A program made the position numbers and the translations under genes. The notes beneath the pieces were generated by a model that was not told the origin of the DNA, did not search any database, and saw only the letters and a list, made by a program, of their open reading frames with translations. From Phycisphaerae bacterium (lineage in GTDB: Bacteria > Planctomycetota > Phycisphaerae > UBA1845): DNA of 64,000 bases. Numbering within the stretch: the first letter of the stretch is position 1; each line of letters opens with the position of its first letter. Below, in pieces: positions 27,553 to 38,330 of this stretch. Location of the stretch: positions 704,001 through 768,000 of the forward strand of contig CAXXGO010000001.1 in the NCBI GenBank assembly GCA_963666835.2, given 5' to 3'.

Positions 27553-29900
27553 TCCGTTGGTCCGGTCAGACCGTATTGAAACACGGCGTAGTCCTCAAGG
27601 TCTACATCGTCGTCGCAATCTGAATCGAAGGTTCCGCAGCAGGAACCGAGCCGGGCGGGACCCGCTTCGCTGAAACAGGTCTGGAAATACGCCAGGTCGA
27701 TAAGGTCGATGGTGTTATCGAGAATGCGGCAGGCATTGGCCGCGCCATCAGTGCGCCGACATTGCGGCTCGGCGGGCGTAGTGACGCGCAGAGCCCAACC
27801 AACCAGTGCGCCGTCGTCGGTCGGCTCATGATCGACCACCCGCAGAGTCCACGTGCCCGCTTGATCCAGGCCGTGAAACCGGCTGAGAGGATCCGGTGAG
27901 GGGGCAAACGCTCCGGTCACGGTCGGTCCGCCACTGTCGGAGGTTTCGATGTCCGCTACGGCTCCGTCATCCAGCACGACATCAAAGCCGTCGTTATCAT
28001 ATCCATGGCCGGAGCCAGTCCGCCCCGGTCGGTCGATAAGTGTCGCGGAAATGTCACGGTGGGACAGCTCGACGGTCAGATCACCGTTCCAGGTATGTTC
28101 GAGGTGCAGTTCCAAACCCAAGTCAACAATCGTCCCGCGATCGGCGATCGCTTGTTGGCGGAGCAGTCCGGTTGAATCTCCGTCCGGGATGGCTGCGGGG
28201 AGCCCGGAAGTTGCTTCGTAGCGCGTCAGCGCGGTGTCGGAACCCACGCCGGAAAACGTCACGGTCAGATCATACGTGTTGCGTGTGTCGTCGGCCAGAA
28301 ACACCCGTAATAACACATTCCGGGCTTCATCCGTCGCGGCCACTGAGATCGTCTCGCCGTTATCCGAGCCGGTGGAAGAAGCTACCGGTGCCGCTGGGCA
28401 CTCCTCGTACAACTCGGCGTCGATGTCTCCGTGCGCGTTGATGAAGGTCAGACTGATCTGCGCGGCGGCGCATGCCGGAACGGTTATGATGTACCAGTCT
28501 TCATCGAGGATCTTCACTACCTGCCCCGGCAGTTTGCCGTCGGAGATGCTTGTCGCCGCGGCGCAGGTGTCGTTGTCCTCCGATTCGTCGTCTTCTCCTT
28601 CGATCAGGGCGGATCCGATATTGTCCAGAACCGCTGAGAACTTGGTGAAGTCGTCCCAAGTCTCTCGGCCGCAGGCGCTGTCTCCGCCGGAGAAGTGTCC
28701 GAAGATCTGCCCGGTGGAATCCTGCCAGATCCCGGCACCGGTGGAGCCGGGCTCGGTAGGTCCGTCCAGCCAGTTGATTCGCCAGAAGTTTCCCAGATCG
28801 GCATCCCGCACCCCGAAGCTGATCCGTTTGAAGCTGCCGAGGGGATGGTGGATTGCGGCGGCCGGTTCGCTCCAGGGGATCGGCTCACTTGTCCAGCCGC
28901 CAAAGTATGTGCCGGTGGGCAGGGTGCCGTGGATCAGCAGCAAGGCAAAATCCGCCGATTCCGAGCTGCTTATCAGGTCCGCAGAGGAAGAAGTATGCAG
29001 GACTGCCGGCGGTGGCACGGTTCCGTCACAGACTTGCGATTGGTATTGCCAAAGCGCCACCGTGGTCTCGGCGGTTTCTTGAGAGCTGCAGCAGCTTCCG
29101 GCGGTCAGCAGATACGGAGTGAAATCGCCGGTGATCGTGTCAATCAATTGCCCGGTACAGAAATAGCTTTCGTCACCGTCTATGAACGTCAAGCGCGCGA
29201 CCGCGTTTCTGATTCCGGCCCAAGCCGGATAGCAGGTAGAATCGTTGTGGCATTCGTCCGCGCGATCTTTGGTGGTGAAGAGATCCCGATAGATGTGCGC
29301 CAACCGGTCTACTGAAAAAGCCGGTTCATCATCTGCTGAGGAGGTCGGGGCGACGTATGCGATGCGAACACGCTCGCCGGGCAAGGCCGTGCTCCAGAAA
29401 CGCCCGGTACCAGTGGGTCCGCGCCCGGTGAACGGACCGTCAAAGATGTCGGGCCGGTCGATCGACCAGATCCAGATTCGAGATCCCGCAGGCAGGTTCA
29501 TGGCACTGAAACGCAACCGCAGAGCTTCGGCGCCCTGCGACGTGATGTCCGTCGTCCAAACTCGGGTAGCGGCGTCGACCATCCATCGGACCCCGTCTCC
29601 GGCCGTTATGCGGACGTCGCGGACTACCCCATTACGCAGTCGTTTGCCGTTCTCGAGGTCCCTTGCATCTTCGCTTTCGAGAACCTGTCGGGCGAGCGGA
29701 GGGAGCTTTACGCCGGGGGGCGGCGTTACGCTCAACGGGCCGAATCGCCTGGCCGGGGATATGCTCGACTTGGTCCGGGCCTTCATGTGGGGGTACGGAC
29801 GCCCTGGCGCAGAACGCTGCGGGGCAGGTTCCGCCGAGAATGCACACATCGAGCCGGCAACCAGCCACGACAATACCACGATGGCCCGTCCGCATCGCAT
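27549..29900 (-). CDS. Lysyl-endopeptidase-like (S1) protein with PPC and P domains and a dockerin-like end; catalytic residues degenerate
   Basis: Motifs CTGQLI, DFALL, IHHPLGSFKRIS, HTWNGDL and GTWTLRVVD. TAGSC replaces TAxHC and GSTG replaces GSSG. Confidence 0.82.
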   Translation of the reverse strand: MRCGRAIVVLSWLVAGSMCAFSAEPAPQRSAPGRPYPHMKARTKSSISPARRFGPLSVTPPPGVKLPPLARQVLESEDARDLENGKRLRNGVVRDVRITAGDGVRWMVDAATRVWTTDITSQGAEALRLRFSAMNLPAGSRIWIWSIDRPDIFDGPFTGRGPTGTGRFWSTALPGERVRIAYVAPTSSADDEPAFSVDRLAHIYRDLFTTKDRADECHNDSTCYPAWAGIRNAVARLTFIDGDESYFCTGQLIDTITGDFTPYLLTAGSCCSSQETAETTVALWQYQSQVCDGTVPPPAVLHTSSSADLISSSESADFALLLIHGTLPTGTYFGGWTSEPIPWSEPAAAIHHPLGSFKRISFGVRDADLGNFWRINWLDGPTEPGSTGAGIWQDSTGQIFGHFSGGDSACGRETWDDFTKFSAVLDNIGSALIEGEDDESEDNDTCAAATSISDGKLPGQVVKILDEDWYIITVPACAAAQISLTFINAHGDIDAELYEECPAAPVASSTGSDNGETISVAATDEARNVLLRVFLADDTRNTYDLTVTFSGVGSDTALTRYEATSGLPAAIPDGDSTGLLRQQAIADRGTIVDLGLELHLEHTWNGDLTVELSHRDISATLIDRPGRTGSGHGYDNDGFDVVLDDGAVADIETSDSGGPTVTGAFAPSPDPLSRFHGLDQAGTWTLRVVDHEPTDDGALVGWALRVTTPAEPQCRRTDGAANACRILDNTIDLIDLAYFQTCFSEAGPARLGSCCGTFDSDCDDDVDLEDYAVFQYGLTGPTE

Positions 29901-29973
29901 CGGATTCCCTCTCCACAGTGCCTGGCGATACTGGCGAGATTCCGGCCCGCTCCCCCGTTACGCAGAGAACCCT

Positions 29974-30002
29974 ATTATAACGACAAACCGCCCAACTGTC
30001 AG
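29974..30002 (-). promoter_or_regulatory. sigma70-like promoter for the two-gene protease operon
   Basis: Minus-strand CTGACA, 17 bp, TATAAT. Confidence 0.55.
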
Positions 30003-30208
30003 CGTTTTTACGTCCGTTCACGGCACGTAGGGCTGAAGGTTTTTGCGGAGTGGTCGGCTTTGTCGGCCGGTCCGCAGGTGATTGCCCCGAGATTTGCGCC
30101 GGAACCGGGTGGCGGATAGTCGAACGCTCAATATGCTCACCTGCATTCGCGAGCATGCGAACCGGGGGAAGTAGCCTCGGAGCCTTGGAGTCCAACGGGA
30201 GATTGTCG

Positions 30209-31891
30209 ATGGGATTGCGAGTTCTGATCGTCGGCGGGGTGGCCGCCGGAGCCAGCGCCGCCACCAGAGCCCGGCGGCTCGATTACGACGCGGAGATTAT
30301 CATCTTCGAACGGAGCGGGCATGTGTCGTTCGCAAACTGCGGACTGCCGTATTACGTGGGCGATGTTATTCAAGAGCGTGAGGCCCTGCTGTTGCAGAGT
30401 CCCGAGCGGTTCCGAGATCGCTTTGCGGTCGACGTGCGGCTGCGGCATGAGGTGGAGTCGATTGATCGGGTCGGGCGGCGCATACTCGTCAGGAACCTCG
30501 ACACCGGGGAGACCGTATGGGAGCCGTATGATAGGCTCATTCTCACCCCCGGAGCCTCGCCGATCATTCCGCCGTTTGACGGGGTCGATTGCCAAAACGT
30601 CTTTTTTCTTCGCACAATGGAGGACACCGACGCATTCCGGGCGTGCGTGGACGCCGGGACCGTGCGGCGGGCGGTCGTTGTGGGGGCCGGTTTCATTGGG
30701 CTCGAAACAGCCGAAGCCTTGACACGGCGGGGTGTGCAGGTTTCGGTGGTCGAGCTGCTTGACCAGGTTTTAGCCCCGCTGGATGAAGACATGGCCCGCC
30801 GGGTGGCGGAACACCTTCGCGAGAACGGGGTATCGTTGTATCTGGGTAGCGCGGTAAGCAACTTCAAAGCAGAGCAGGGCATAGTGACCGAGGTGATTAT
30901 GGAAGACGGGCGGACATTACCGGCCGACGCCGTTCTTCTTTCGATCGGGGTGCGCCCCAATACCCGATTGGCCCGCGAGGCCGGTTTGACCGTCGGATCG
31001 AGCGGGGGAATTCAAGTTGATCAGCACCTGCGAACAACGGATCCGAACATCTTCGCGGCCGGGGATGCTGCGGAGGTCGTGCACGCGGTAACGGGCCGCC
31101 GCGTGACGGTGCCGCTGGCCGGGCCGGCCAACAAGCACGGGCGATTGGCTGGAGAGATTGCGGTAGCGGGTAAGGGGGCAAGTGCCGCTAAGGTGGCAGC
31201 CACGGCCATAGTGCAGGTGTTCGATCTTACCGTTGCAGTTACCGGGCTCAGCCGGAAAGAAGCCGAGCGCGCCGGAATCGCCGCGCAGCACGCTTTGGTC
31301 AGTCGCAGGCACCACGTCGGATACTATCCGGGGGCCGAGGAGATGCTGCTCAAGCTGGTTTACGAACCCGGGACTCGGCGCGTTCTGGGGGCGCAGGCCA
31401 TCGGCGGTGCCGGGGTCGATCGGCGCATTGATGTCATTGCTACTGCGATCCACTTCGGTGGGACGTTGGACGATCTGAGTAATCTCGACCTGGCCTATGC
31501 CCCGCAATTCGGAGCAGCGAAGGACCCCGTGCATATCGCGGCGTTTGTTGCCGACAACCAGGAGCGAGGGCTGTTTCGCCAGGTGGAGCCGGCTGCCGTC
31601 GGCGATCTGATTGACCAGGGGTACCAACTGGTCGACGTGCGGCATGCCGAGGAGTTCGCCGAAGAGTCGATCCCCGGGGCCGTCAATATTGATGTGGACG
31701 AGCTGCGCGCCCGGGTGGGCGAGCTGGATCCCGACCGGCCGGTTTTGGTGCTATGTGAGGTGGGGCAGCGCGGTTACTACGCCGCGCGAATCCTGCAGGG
31801 TCTGGGACGCCGAGATGTCGTCAACCTGTCCGGCGGCTACGTTTGGTACGCCGTGCAGTGCCCGGATGAAGACACCCAACGGTCCGGGTGA
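30209..31891 (+). CDS. cdr: CoA-disulfide reductase family flavoprotein with C-terminal rhodanese domain
   Basis: GGVAAG FAD site, redox motif SFANCGLPY, GAGFIG, AAGD, LAYAPQF and rhodanese motif LCEVGQRG. Confidence 0.9.
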   Translation: MGLRVLIVGGVAAGASAATRARRLDYDAEIIIFERSGHVSFANCGLPYYVGDVIQEREALLLQSPERFRDRFAVDVRLRHEVESIDRVGRRILVRNLDTGETVWEPYDRLILTPGASPIIPPFDGVDCQNVFFLRTMEDTDAFRACVDAGTVRRAVVVGAGFIGLETAEALTRRGVQVSVVELLDQVLAPLDEDMARRVAEHLRENGVSLYLGSAVSNFKAEQGIVTEVIMEDGRTLPADAVLLSIGVRPNTRLAREAGLTVGSSGGIQVDQHLRTTDPNIFAAGDAAEVVHAVTGRRVTVPLAGPANKHGRLAGEIAVAGKGASAAKVAATAIVQVFDLTVAVTGLSRKEAERAGIAAQHALVSRRHHVGYYPGAEEMLLKLVYEPGTRRVLGAQAIGGAGVDRRIDVIATAIHFGGTLDDLSNLDLAYAPQFGAAKDPVHIAAFVADNQERGLFRQVEPAAVGDLIDQGYQLVDVRHAEEFAEESIPGAVNIDVDELRARVGELDPDRPVLVLCEVGQRGYYAARILQGLGRRDVVNLSGGYVWYAVQCPDEDTQRSG

Positions 31892-31910
31892 TTGCGAAGG
31901 ACGCGGCAGT

Positions 31911-31935
31911 GCCCCGAGACGGGGGGGCGTTTTTC
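31911..31935 (+). terminator. Putative intrinsic terminator
   Basis: GCCCC...GGGGC stem followed by GTTTTT. Confidence 0.45.
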
Positions 31936-32041
31936 GCTAAGGGCGGGGAATGTGTGGGTGCTTTGTCTTTCGCCAACGGCGAGCGAGTGCGCGGATGCCC
32001 CGTCCGTCGCCAAGGGCGAAGGGTGGGGAATGGGCTGCCCT

Positions 32042-32350
32042 GTAGGGCAGGTCGAGGTACGAGACCTGCCGCAATAACGCGCGTTACGCGAAACTCGCGT
32101 CGCGATTCGCGTCCCCCACCTCTGAAGAGGCGGGCCACCCGGCTCGGATCGGGGTACGTGTCGCACCACCACGGGTCAACAAGTTGACCCATGCCACCCG
32201 TGTGGCATCCTTTGTAGGGCAGGTCGAGGCACGAGACCTGCCGCAATAACGCCCGTCGCGCGAAACTCGCGTGACCATCAGAGTCCCCCACCTCTAAAGA
32301 GGCGGGCCACCCGGCGTAGGGCAGGTCGAGGTACGAGACCTGCCGCAATA
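32042..32350 (+). repeat. REP cluster: three GTAG-headed hairpins plus a palindromic GGGTCAACAAGTTGACCC element
   Basis: GTAGGGCAGGTCGAGGnACGAGACCTGCC at 32042, 32214 and 32316. Confidence 0.88.
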
Positions 32351-32351
32351 G

Positions 32352-35021
32352 CTAGCGAATGCGCTTTGCCTTCGTGATCTGGACGCCACCCTGCGCGTAC
32401 AGGGCCATGTCGTCGAGATTCAGACGTCCGTCGTTGTTGATATCACCAGCGGCCAGCTCACCGCGACCGTCGCGGATGAGTTCCTTCACGCTGATATCGA
32501 GCACCGGCTCGAAAGCGTCCGCGGTCGCGTAACCGCAGCAGCCGAGCTTGCTCTGGGCCATGAAGTTGTTCTCAATGATCCCGAAGTCGATCGCGTCCAC
32601 CACGCCGTCACCGTTGAGGTCGGCATTCGCGAACGAACCCCGCGCACAGTCCGCGCCGCACGCGGTGTCACCGGTGCCGTAATCAGCCCCGAGCTGCCAC
32701 ATGTAGACACCGAAATCAAGCGCGTCCACGTGGTTCGGGCCGTTGTCGCCAACCTGATAGAAGTCCAGGCTGCCCGGGACCAACCAGTTGCCGCCGGTCA
32801 GCGGATCGCCCTTGAAGACGACCTTCCAATTGCCGGTGACCTCATCGCACTCGATATCGCTGAACGAACGTAGCGTATGGAGCGGATCGCGCGCCTCCAC
32901 GCATTCGAAGTTGCCCTTGTCTATGTCCAAAGTGGCCGTGCCGTGGTTCGGGAAGTTGTACGGCGGACCGAACGTAACTTCCGCGCAAACCGTCTGCGGA
33001 GCGGCGCAGTTGTAGATCAGGTCGAACATGATGCAACGCGTTAGATTCGGAACGACGGCTGGCGAAAGGTCGACCTCGACGTCCAGAGTCTGCTTGTCCG
33101 AAACAGTGACCCACCACAGGCACCGTTCGTAACTCCCACACTCGTTCTCGGCGGAGCACTCGAAGAATGTGGTGCCCTGGGGGAAGTTGCCCCCATGCAT
33201 GATCATGTCTTGTGAAATCGGCAGGCCACCATCGTGCTGGGCCGCGCAGACCACGTCCAAAGCGCCCAGGCACTCATCCTCGGCGTACGGCGGATCCCAC
33301 AGAACCTCGGCATCAAGAACTCCGCAGTCCACATTAACGTTCGCACCGGCCGGGCAAACGATCGTGACTTCGCCGTCGAGAACTATTCCAGCGCTGCAGC
33401 CACAGTTATCCAGCGGAACGTTCTCACCGTGATAGTCACCCAGCAGGGTGTTGTACGGGTTCTCGCTAATGAAGCATACTTCGCACGGGTCGCAGCCACC
33501 CAGCTTCACGAACTCGATGCAGGCCAAGTCGTACGGACCGACCGTGCCCTCGTTCGGGGCTATAGGATCGTCCGCGGCCAGAACCGCATACCAGATCTTA
33601 CCGGCAACCTCGTCGACCCAGGAGTCAACCACCGTCAGGAACTTGTCGTCATCTTCGCACGGTCCGATTTCCACGAACTCGAGGCACTCGGGATCGTACG
33701 TCATTAAGAACTGGCCGGTCGTGACAATCGCGGTTCCCACCTCGATATGAACGGAAGCCGTGACGGTGTCGCCCTCTTCGTAACAGACGCTGTCGAATTC
33801 GATGCACAGCGGGGTCTCTAGGCGGCAGTCGCAGTAGCCGTACATTGGTGAGGACGTATCCTCAGTCTCGCAGAACCAACCGGCCGGGCAATCAGCGAGC
33901 TCGGTGCAAGCGATCATCTCGTCCGCCGGGAAGCCACCGGCGCAGGCCGTCGGATCGGCCGTGCCGTCGCAGACGTCATCGATCGAGCACGGGTTGCCGT
34001 CATCGCAGCTTGCACCCTCCGGCAACACGTTGTGGGTCACGTTGCCCGTATCCGGATCACAGATATCATCCGTGCAGGCCAAACCGTCGTCGATCACGGT
34101 CAAGCCGCCATCGGACGGATCACAGCAATCGGCAGCATCATCGTAGTTCAGCGTATAGAAACACTTACACGCGTTACAATAATGACTCTCGCACGCGCTG
34201 CCGCGGTTACAATCAGAATCATGGTCACACTCGCAGCAGTCCTTCGGATCGCTCGGATCGCAGACCTCGCCTGGGGTGAAGATATACGGCATACCCGGCG
34301 TGCACAGGGCATCACACTCGACTTCCGTGATACCATCCGCGCACGGACCGCCCAAGCTAACATCGTAGCAGCATTTCCCGGTCGGCACCGTCACCAGCGC
34401 TGGGGTAGTGACCAATCCAGGGATCAACTCCGCGATACCGTTGTTCATGAACGTCTTCGCCGGGTTTGGGTTCAATTGGATCTCGTAGGTACCCTTCGCC
34501 CCGGCGGGTAAATCCAGAACCAACGTGCCTCCGTATTGGATTGTGCCCGGGTCATGCGGGAAGCTGCCCATGCAGGTCGCCCCCCACTCGTAATCCAGGG
34601 TCCCGCTGGGCCACGGTGGAGGCGGCATCAGGCCAAAGTACACGAAGTCCGGCCGGTCGTAATCGATGTAGCAACCATCTTCCGTCAGCGGATTCAGTGG
34701 GCCGATGGTCGCCCCGACGCCGTTGTTGTACGAAGCCGCACTATTCAACGTGCCCTGATAGGCGCCCAGAACCGGATTGCCGGGAGCCAGGCCCCAGCCA
34801 CTGACCTTGAGCTCGATCGTAACGGTCACCCCGCCGCCCGGCAGGAGAATCTCCGACGGCGTACCCACCGTCCCGAGATTGTCGATGATCGAATAGGGTC
34901 CGTCCGCGCTGATCGGCTCGAACCGCAGCTCCGGCGCCGGATCGGCAGATGCCGCAGTAACTCCGGCCAGAACCACAATAGCCGCGAAAACCACTCGACA
35001 GGCACGATGTCTCGTCTTCAT
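32352..35021 (-). CDS. Secreted scaffold-like protein, copy A (cohesin-like domains, Cys-rich region, dockerin-like C-terminus)
   Basis: GGAGG RBS and a signal peptide. GQFLMTYDPECLEFV is cohesin-like; DLNGDGVVDAIDF and DINNDGRLNLDD are dockerin-like. Confidence 0.82.
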   Translation of the reverse strand: MKTRHRACRVVFAAIVVLAGVTAASADPAPELRFEPISADGPYSIIDNLGTVGTPSEILLPGGGVTVTIELKVSGWGLAPGNPVLGAYQGTLNSAASYNNGVGATIGPLNPLTEDGCYIDYDRPDFVYFGLMPPPPWPSGTLDYEWGATCMGSFPHDPGTIQYGGTLVLDLPAGAKGTYEIQLNPNPAKTFMNNGIAELIPGLVTTPALVTVPTGKCCYDVSLGGPCADGITEVECDALCTPGMPYIFTPGEVCDPSDPKDCCECDHDSDCNRGSACESHYCNACKCFYTLNYDDAADCCDPSDGGLTVIDDGLACTDDICDPDTGNVTHNVLPEGASCDDGNPCSIDDVCDGTADPTACAGGFPADEMIACTELADCPAGWFCETEDTSSPMYGYCDCRLETPLCIEFDSVCYEEGDTVTASVHIEVGTAIVTTGQFLMTYDPECLEFVEIGPCEDDDKFLTVVDSWVDEVAGKIWYAVLAADDPIAPNEGTVGPYDLACIEFVKLGGCDPCEVCFISENPYNTLLGDYHGENVPLDNCGCSAGIVLDGEVTIVCPAGANVNVDCGVLDAEVLWDPPYAEDECLGALDVVCAAQHDGGLPISQDMIMHGGNFPQGTTFFECSAENECGSYERCLWWVTVSDKQTLDVEVDLSPAVVPNLTRCIMFDLIYNCAAPQTVCAEVTFGPPYNFPNHGTATLDIDKGNFECVEARDPLHTLRSFSDIECDEVTGNWKVVFKGDPLTGGNWLVPGSLDFYQVGDNGPNHVDALDFGVYMWQLGADYGTGDTACGADCARGSFANADLNGDGVVDAIDFGIIENNFMAQSKLGCCGYATADAFEPVLDISVKELIRDGRGELAAGDINNDGRLNLDDMALYAQGGVQITKAKRIR

Positions 35022-35055
35022 CTTCCTGACCTCCGATTCTCCGTATACAGCTTCG

Positions 35056-35305
35056 TAGGGTCTCATACCTCGACCTGCCGCCAACGTGCGGCCACGGCCC
35101 AAACTGGGATGCGTATCGCATTACCACGGGTCAACAAGTTGCCCTATGCCACCCCGGTGTCATCCTTCGTAGGGCAGGTCGAGGCACGAGACCTGCCGCA
35201 ATAACGCCCGTCGCGCGAAACTCGCGTGACCATCAGAGTCCCCCACCTCTAAAGAGGCGGGCCACCCGGCGTAGGGCAGGTCGAGGAACGAGACCTGCCG
35301 CAATA
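35056..35305. repeat. REP cluster duplicated from 32169-32350, plus one degenerate inverted REP
   Basis: GTAG REPs at 35169 and 35271; 35169-35305 is nearly identical to 32214-32350. Confidence 0.88.
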
Positions 35306-35306
35306 G

Positions 35307-37982
35307 CTAGCGAATGCGCTTTGCCTTCGTGATCTGGACGCCACCCTGCGCGTACAGGGCCATGTCGTCGAGATTCAGACGTCCGTCGTTGTTGATATCA
35401 CCGGCGGCCAGCTCACCGCGACCGTCGCGGATGAGTTCCTTCACGCTGATATCGAGCACCGGCTCGAAAGCGCCCGCGGTCGCGTAACCGCAGCAGCCGA
35501 GCTTGCTCTGGGCCATGAAGTTGTTCTCAATGATACCGAAGTCGATCGCGTCCACCATGCCGTCACCGTTGAGGTCTGCATTCGCGAACGAGCCCAACGC
35601 ACAGTCCGCGCCGCACGCGGTGTCACCGGTGCCGTAATCAGCCCCGAGCTGCCACATGTAGACCCCGAAATCAAGCGCGTCCACGTGGTTCGGGCCGTTG
35701 TCGCCAACCTGATAGAAGTCCAGGCTGCCCGGGACCAACCAGTTGCCGCCGGTCAGCGGATCGCCCTTGAAGACGACCTTCCAATTGCCTGTAACCTCGT
35801 CGCACTCGATGTCGCTGAATGAACGCAGCGTATGGAGCGGATCACGCGCCTCGACGCACTCGAAGTTGCCCTTATCCACATCCAGAGTCGCCGTGCCGTG
35901 ATTCGGGAAGTTGTACGGCGGGCCGAACGTAACTTCCGCGCAAACCGTCTGCGGAGCGGCGCAGTTGTAGATCAGGTCGAACATGATGCAACGCGTTAGA
36001 TTCGGAACGACGGCCGGCGAAAGGTCGACCTCGACGTCCAGAGTCTGCTTGTCCGAAACAGTGACCCACCACAGGCACCGTTCGTAACTCCCACACTCGT
36101 TCTCGGCGGAGCACTCGAAGAATGTGGTGCCCTGGGGGAAGTTGCCCCCATGCATGATCATGTCTTGTGAAATCGGCAGGCCACCATCGTGCTCGGCAAT
36201 GCAGACAACGTCCAAAGCGCCCAGGCACTCATCCTCGGCGTAAGGCGGATCCCACAGAACCTCGGCATCAACAACCCCGCAGTCCACATTGACGTCGGCG
36301 CCCGACGGGCAAACGATCGTGACTTCGCCGTCGAGAACTATTCCAGCGCTGCAGCCACAGTTATCCAGCGGAACGTTCTCACCGTGATAGTCACCCAGCA
36401 GGGTGTTGTACGGGTTCTCGCTGATCAAGCATACGTCACACGGCTCGCAGTTGCCCAGCTTCACGAACTCGATGCAGGCCAGGTCGTACGGACCGACCGT
36501 GCCCTCGTTCGGGGTTATCGGGTCGTTAGCCGCCAAAACCGCGTACCAGATCTTACCGGCAATCTCGTCGACCCAGTAGTCAACCACCGTCAGGAACTTG
36601 TCATCACCTTCGCACGGCCCGATTTCCACGAACTCGAGGCACGCGGGATCGTACGTCATCAGGAACTGGCCGGTCGTTACAGTTTCGGTCCCCACCCCGA
36701 TATGGACGGCGGCCGTGACCGGGTCACCCTCTTCGTAGCAGATCTCGTCGAATTCAATGCACAGCGGGGTCTCGAGGTTGCAGTCGCAGTAGCCGTACAT
36801 GGGCGAGGACGTGTCCTCGGTTTCGCAGAACCAACCGGTCGGACAATGAGCGAGCTCGGTGCATGCGATCATCTCGTCCGCCGGGAAGCCACCGGCGCAG
36901 GCCGTCGGATCGGCCGTGCCGTCGCAGACGTCATCGATCGAGCACGGGTTGCCGTCGTCGCAAGCCGCCCCGACCGCCATGACGGCATGCACAGCGTCGC
37001 CCGTATCCGGATCACAGAAGTCCCGCGTACACGGCAAACCGTCGTTGAGCATGGTGATCGTGCCCCATGTCGTATTGCAGCACTCAACGCCAACATTGTA
37101 GTTCACATCATTGTAGCAGAGAGATGTCCGCACATCGCACCAGTCATCCGTGCAGGCATTGTAATCGTTACAACCGTGATCATCCACGCAATCGAAGCCA
37201 CAACCCCGTGTCGTGCAATCGTCGCCCGGGAAGAACATGTACGCTCTTCCGACTCCGGTTAGCATATCGCACTCGGCTTCGGTAATACTGTCGGCGCACG
37301 GAGGCGGTCTGTCACCGAGGTTGTAGCAGCATTGCCCCGTAACAACAGTCACCAACGCCGGGGTGATGACCGTACCCGGAATCAGGTTGGCCTCCCCATC
37401 GTTCATGAAAGTCTTCGCCGGGTCCGGGTACAACTGAATCTCGTAAGTCCCCTTCGCCCCGGCGGGTAGATCCAGGATCAACGTGCCGCCGTACTTGATC
37501 TCACCGTCGTCATGCGGGAAGTCGCCCATGACGGTCCAACCGAACTCGTAATCCAGCGTACCCACCCACGGATCCGAGAGCGGTATGGGGTAACCAAAAT
37601 ACACGAAGTCTGCCCGGGTAACGTCAATGAAACAGCCATCTTCCGTAAACGGATTCAGCGGACCGATGGTAGCCCCGACACCGTTGTCGTAAGACGCGGC
37701 ACTATTCAACGTGCCCTGATATGCTCCGAGCACCGGGTCTCCAGGAGCAGCGCCCCAGCCGCTAACCTTCAACTCGAGCGTGACCGTAACGCTGCCGGCC
37801 GGAATCAAGATCTCAGACGGCGTACCGGGCGTACCCGTGTTGTCGATGATCTGGAAGACCTCCGACGACCCAACCGGCTGCCACCGTAACTCCGGCGCCG
37901 GGTCGGCAGATGCCGCGGTCACTCCGGCCAGAACCACAATAGCTGCGAAAACCACCCGACCAGCACGATGTCTCGTCTTCAT
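35307..37982 (-). CDS. Secreted scaffold-like protein, copy B (tandem paralog of 32352-35021)
   Basis: Near-identical signal peptide and C-terminal half; offset of 2955 bp from copy A. Confidence 0.82.
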   Translation of the reverse strand: MKTRHRAGRVVFAAIVVLAGVTAASADPAPELRWQPVGSSEVFQIIDNTGTPGTPSEILIPAGSVTVTLELKVSGWGAAPGDPVLGAYQGTLNSAASYDNGVGATIGPLNPFTEDGCFIDVTRADFVYFGYPIPLSDPWVGTLDYEFGWTVMGDFPHDDGEIKYGGTLILDLPAGAKGTYEIQLYPDPAKTFMNDGEANLIPGTVITPALVTVVTGQCCYNLGDRPPPCADSITEAECDMLTGVGRAYMFFPGDDCTTRGCGFDCVDDHGCNDYNACTDDWCDVRTSLCYNDVNYNVGVECCNTTWGTITMLNDGLPCTRDFCDPDTGDAVHAVMAVGAACDDGNPCSIDDVCDGTADPTACAGGFPADEMIACTELAHCPTGWFCETEDTSSPMYGYCDCNLETPLCIEFDEICYEEGDPVTAAVHIGVGTETVTTGQFLMTYDPACLEFVEIGPCEGDDKFLTVVDYWVDEIAGKIWYAVLAANDPITPNEGTVGPYDLACIEFVKLGNCEPCDVCLISENPYNTLLGDYHGENVPLDNCGCSAGIVLDGEVTIVCPSGADVNVDCGVVDAEVLWDPPYAEDECLGALDVVCIAEHDGGLPISQDMIMHGGNFPQGTTFFECSAENECGSYERCLWWVTVSDKQTLDVEVDLSPAVVPNLTRCIMFDLIYNCAAPQTVCAEVTFGPPYNFPNHGTATLDVDKGNFECVEARDPLHTLRSFSDIECDEVTGNWKVVFKGDPLTGGNWLVPGSLDFYQVGDNGPNHVDALDFGVYMWQLGADYGTGDTACGADCALGSFANADLNGDGMVDAIDFGIIENNFMAQSKLGCCGYATAGAFEPVLDISVKELIRDGRGELAAGDINNDGRLNLDDMALYAQGGVQITKAKRIR

Positions 37983-38330
37983 CTTCCTGACCTCCGATTC
38001 TCCGCGAGCGCCGCGCACGTACCCACGGAACCAACCCGGACCGAAACACTCGTCCACAAGCACCCGCTGGACTCGCGGCCGGACCTTGCCCCGCGCTGAA
38101 CCAAGGTCAAACCGCGAATCCGCTAAACGAGCACTTTACTCGCTCTATTGTAACGCGGTGATCGCATTCAATACAAGGTGTTTTTGAGTTTCTTTCAACA
38201 ACGGCCGGCAGTCCGTTGAGAATGGGGGGCGCCTGCGAGCCGATTGCCGCTAACGGTACCGGAAGGCGCCTTTGGCGCGGCGTTCGTGTCTTCTTCTGGC
38301 CGCCCGCGGAGCAGCCCCGGCGGGCGTTAG

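Noticed and set aside
32352..37982. Diversity-generating retroelement template/variable repeat pair
   Set aside because: There is no reverse transcriptase in the window. The differences include indels and are not visibly adenine-specific, and both copies are full ORFs.
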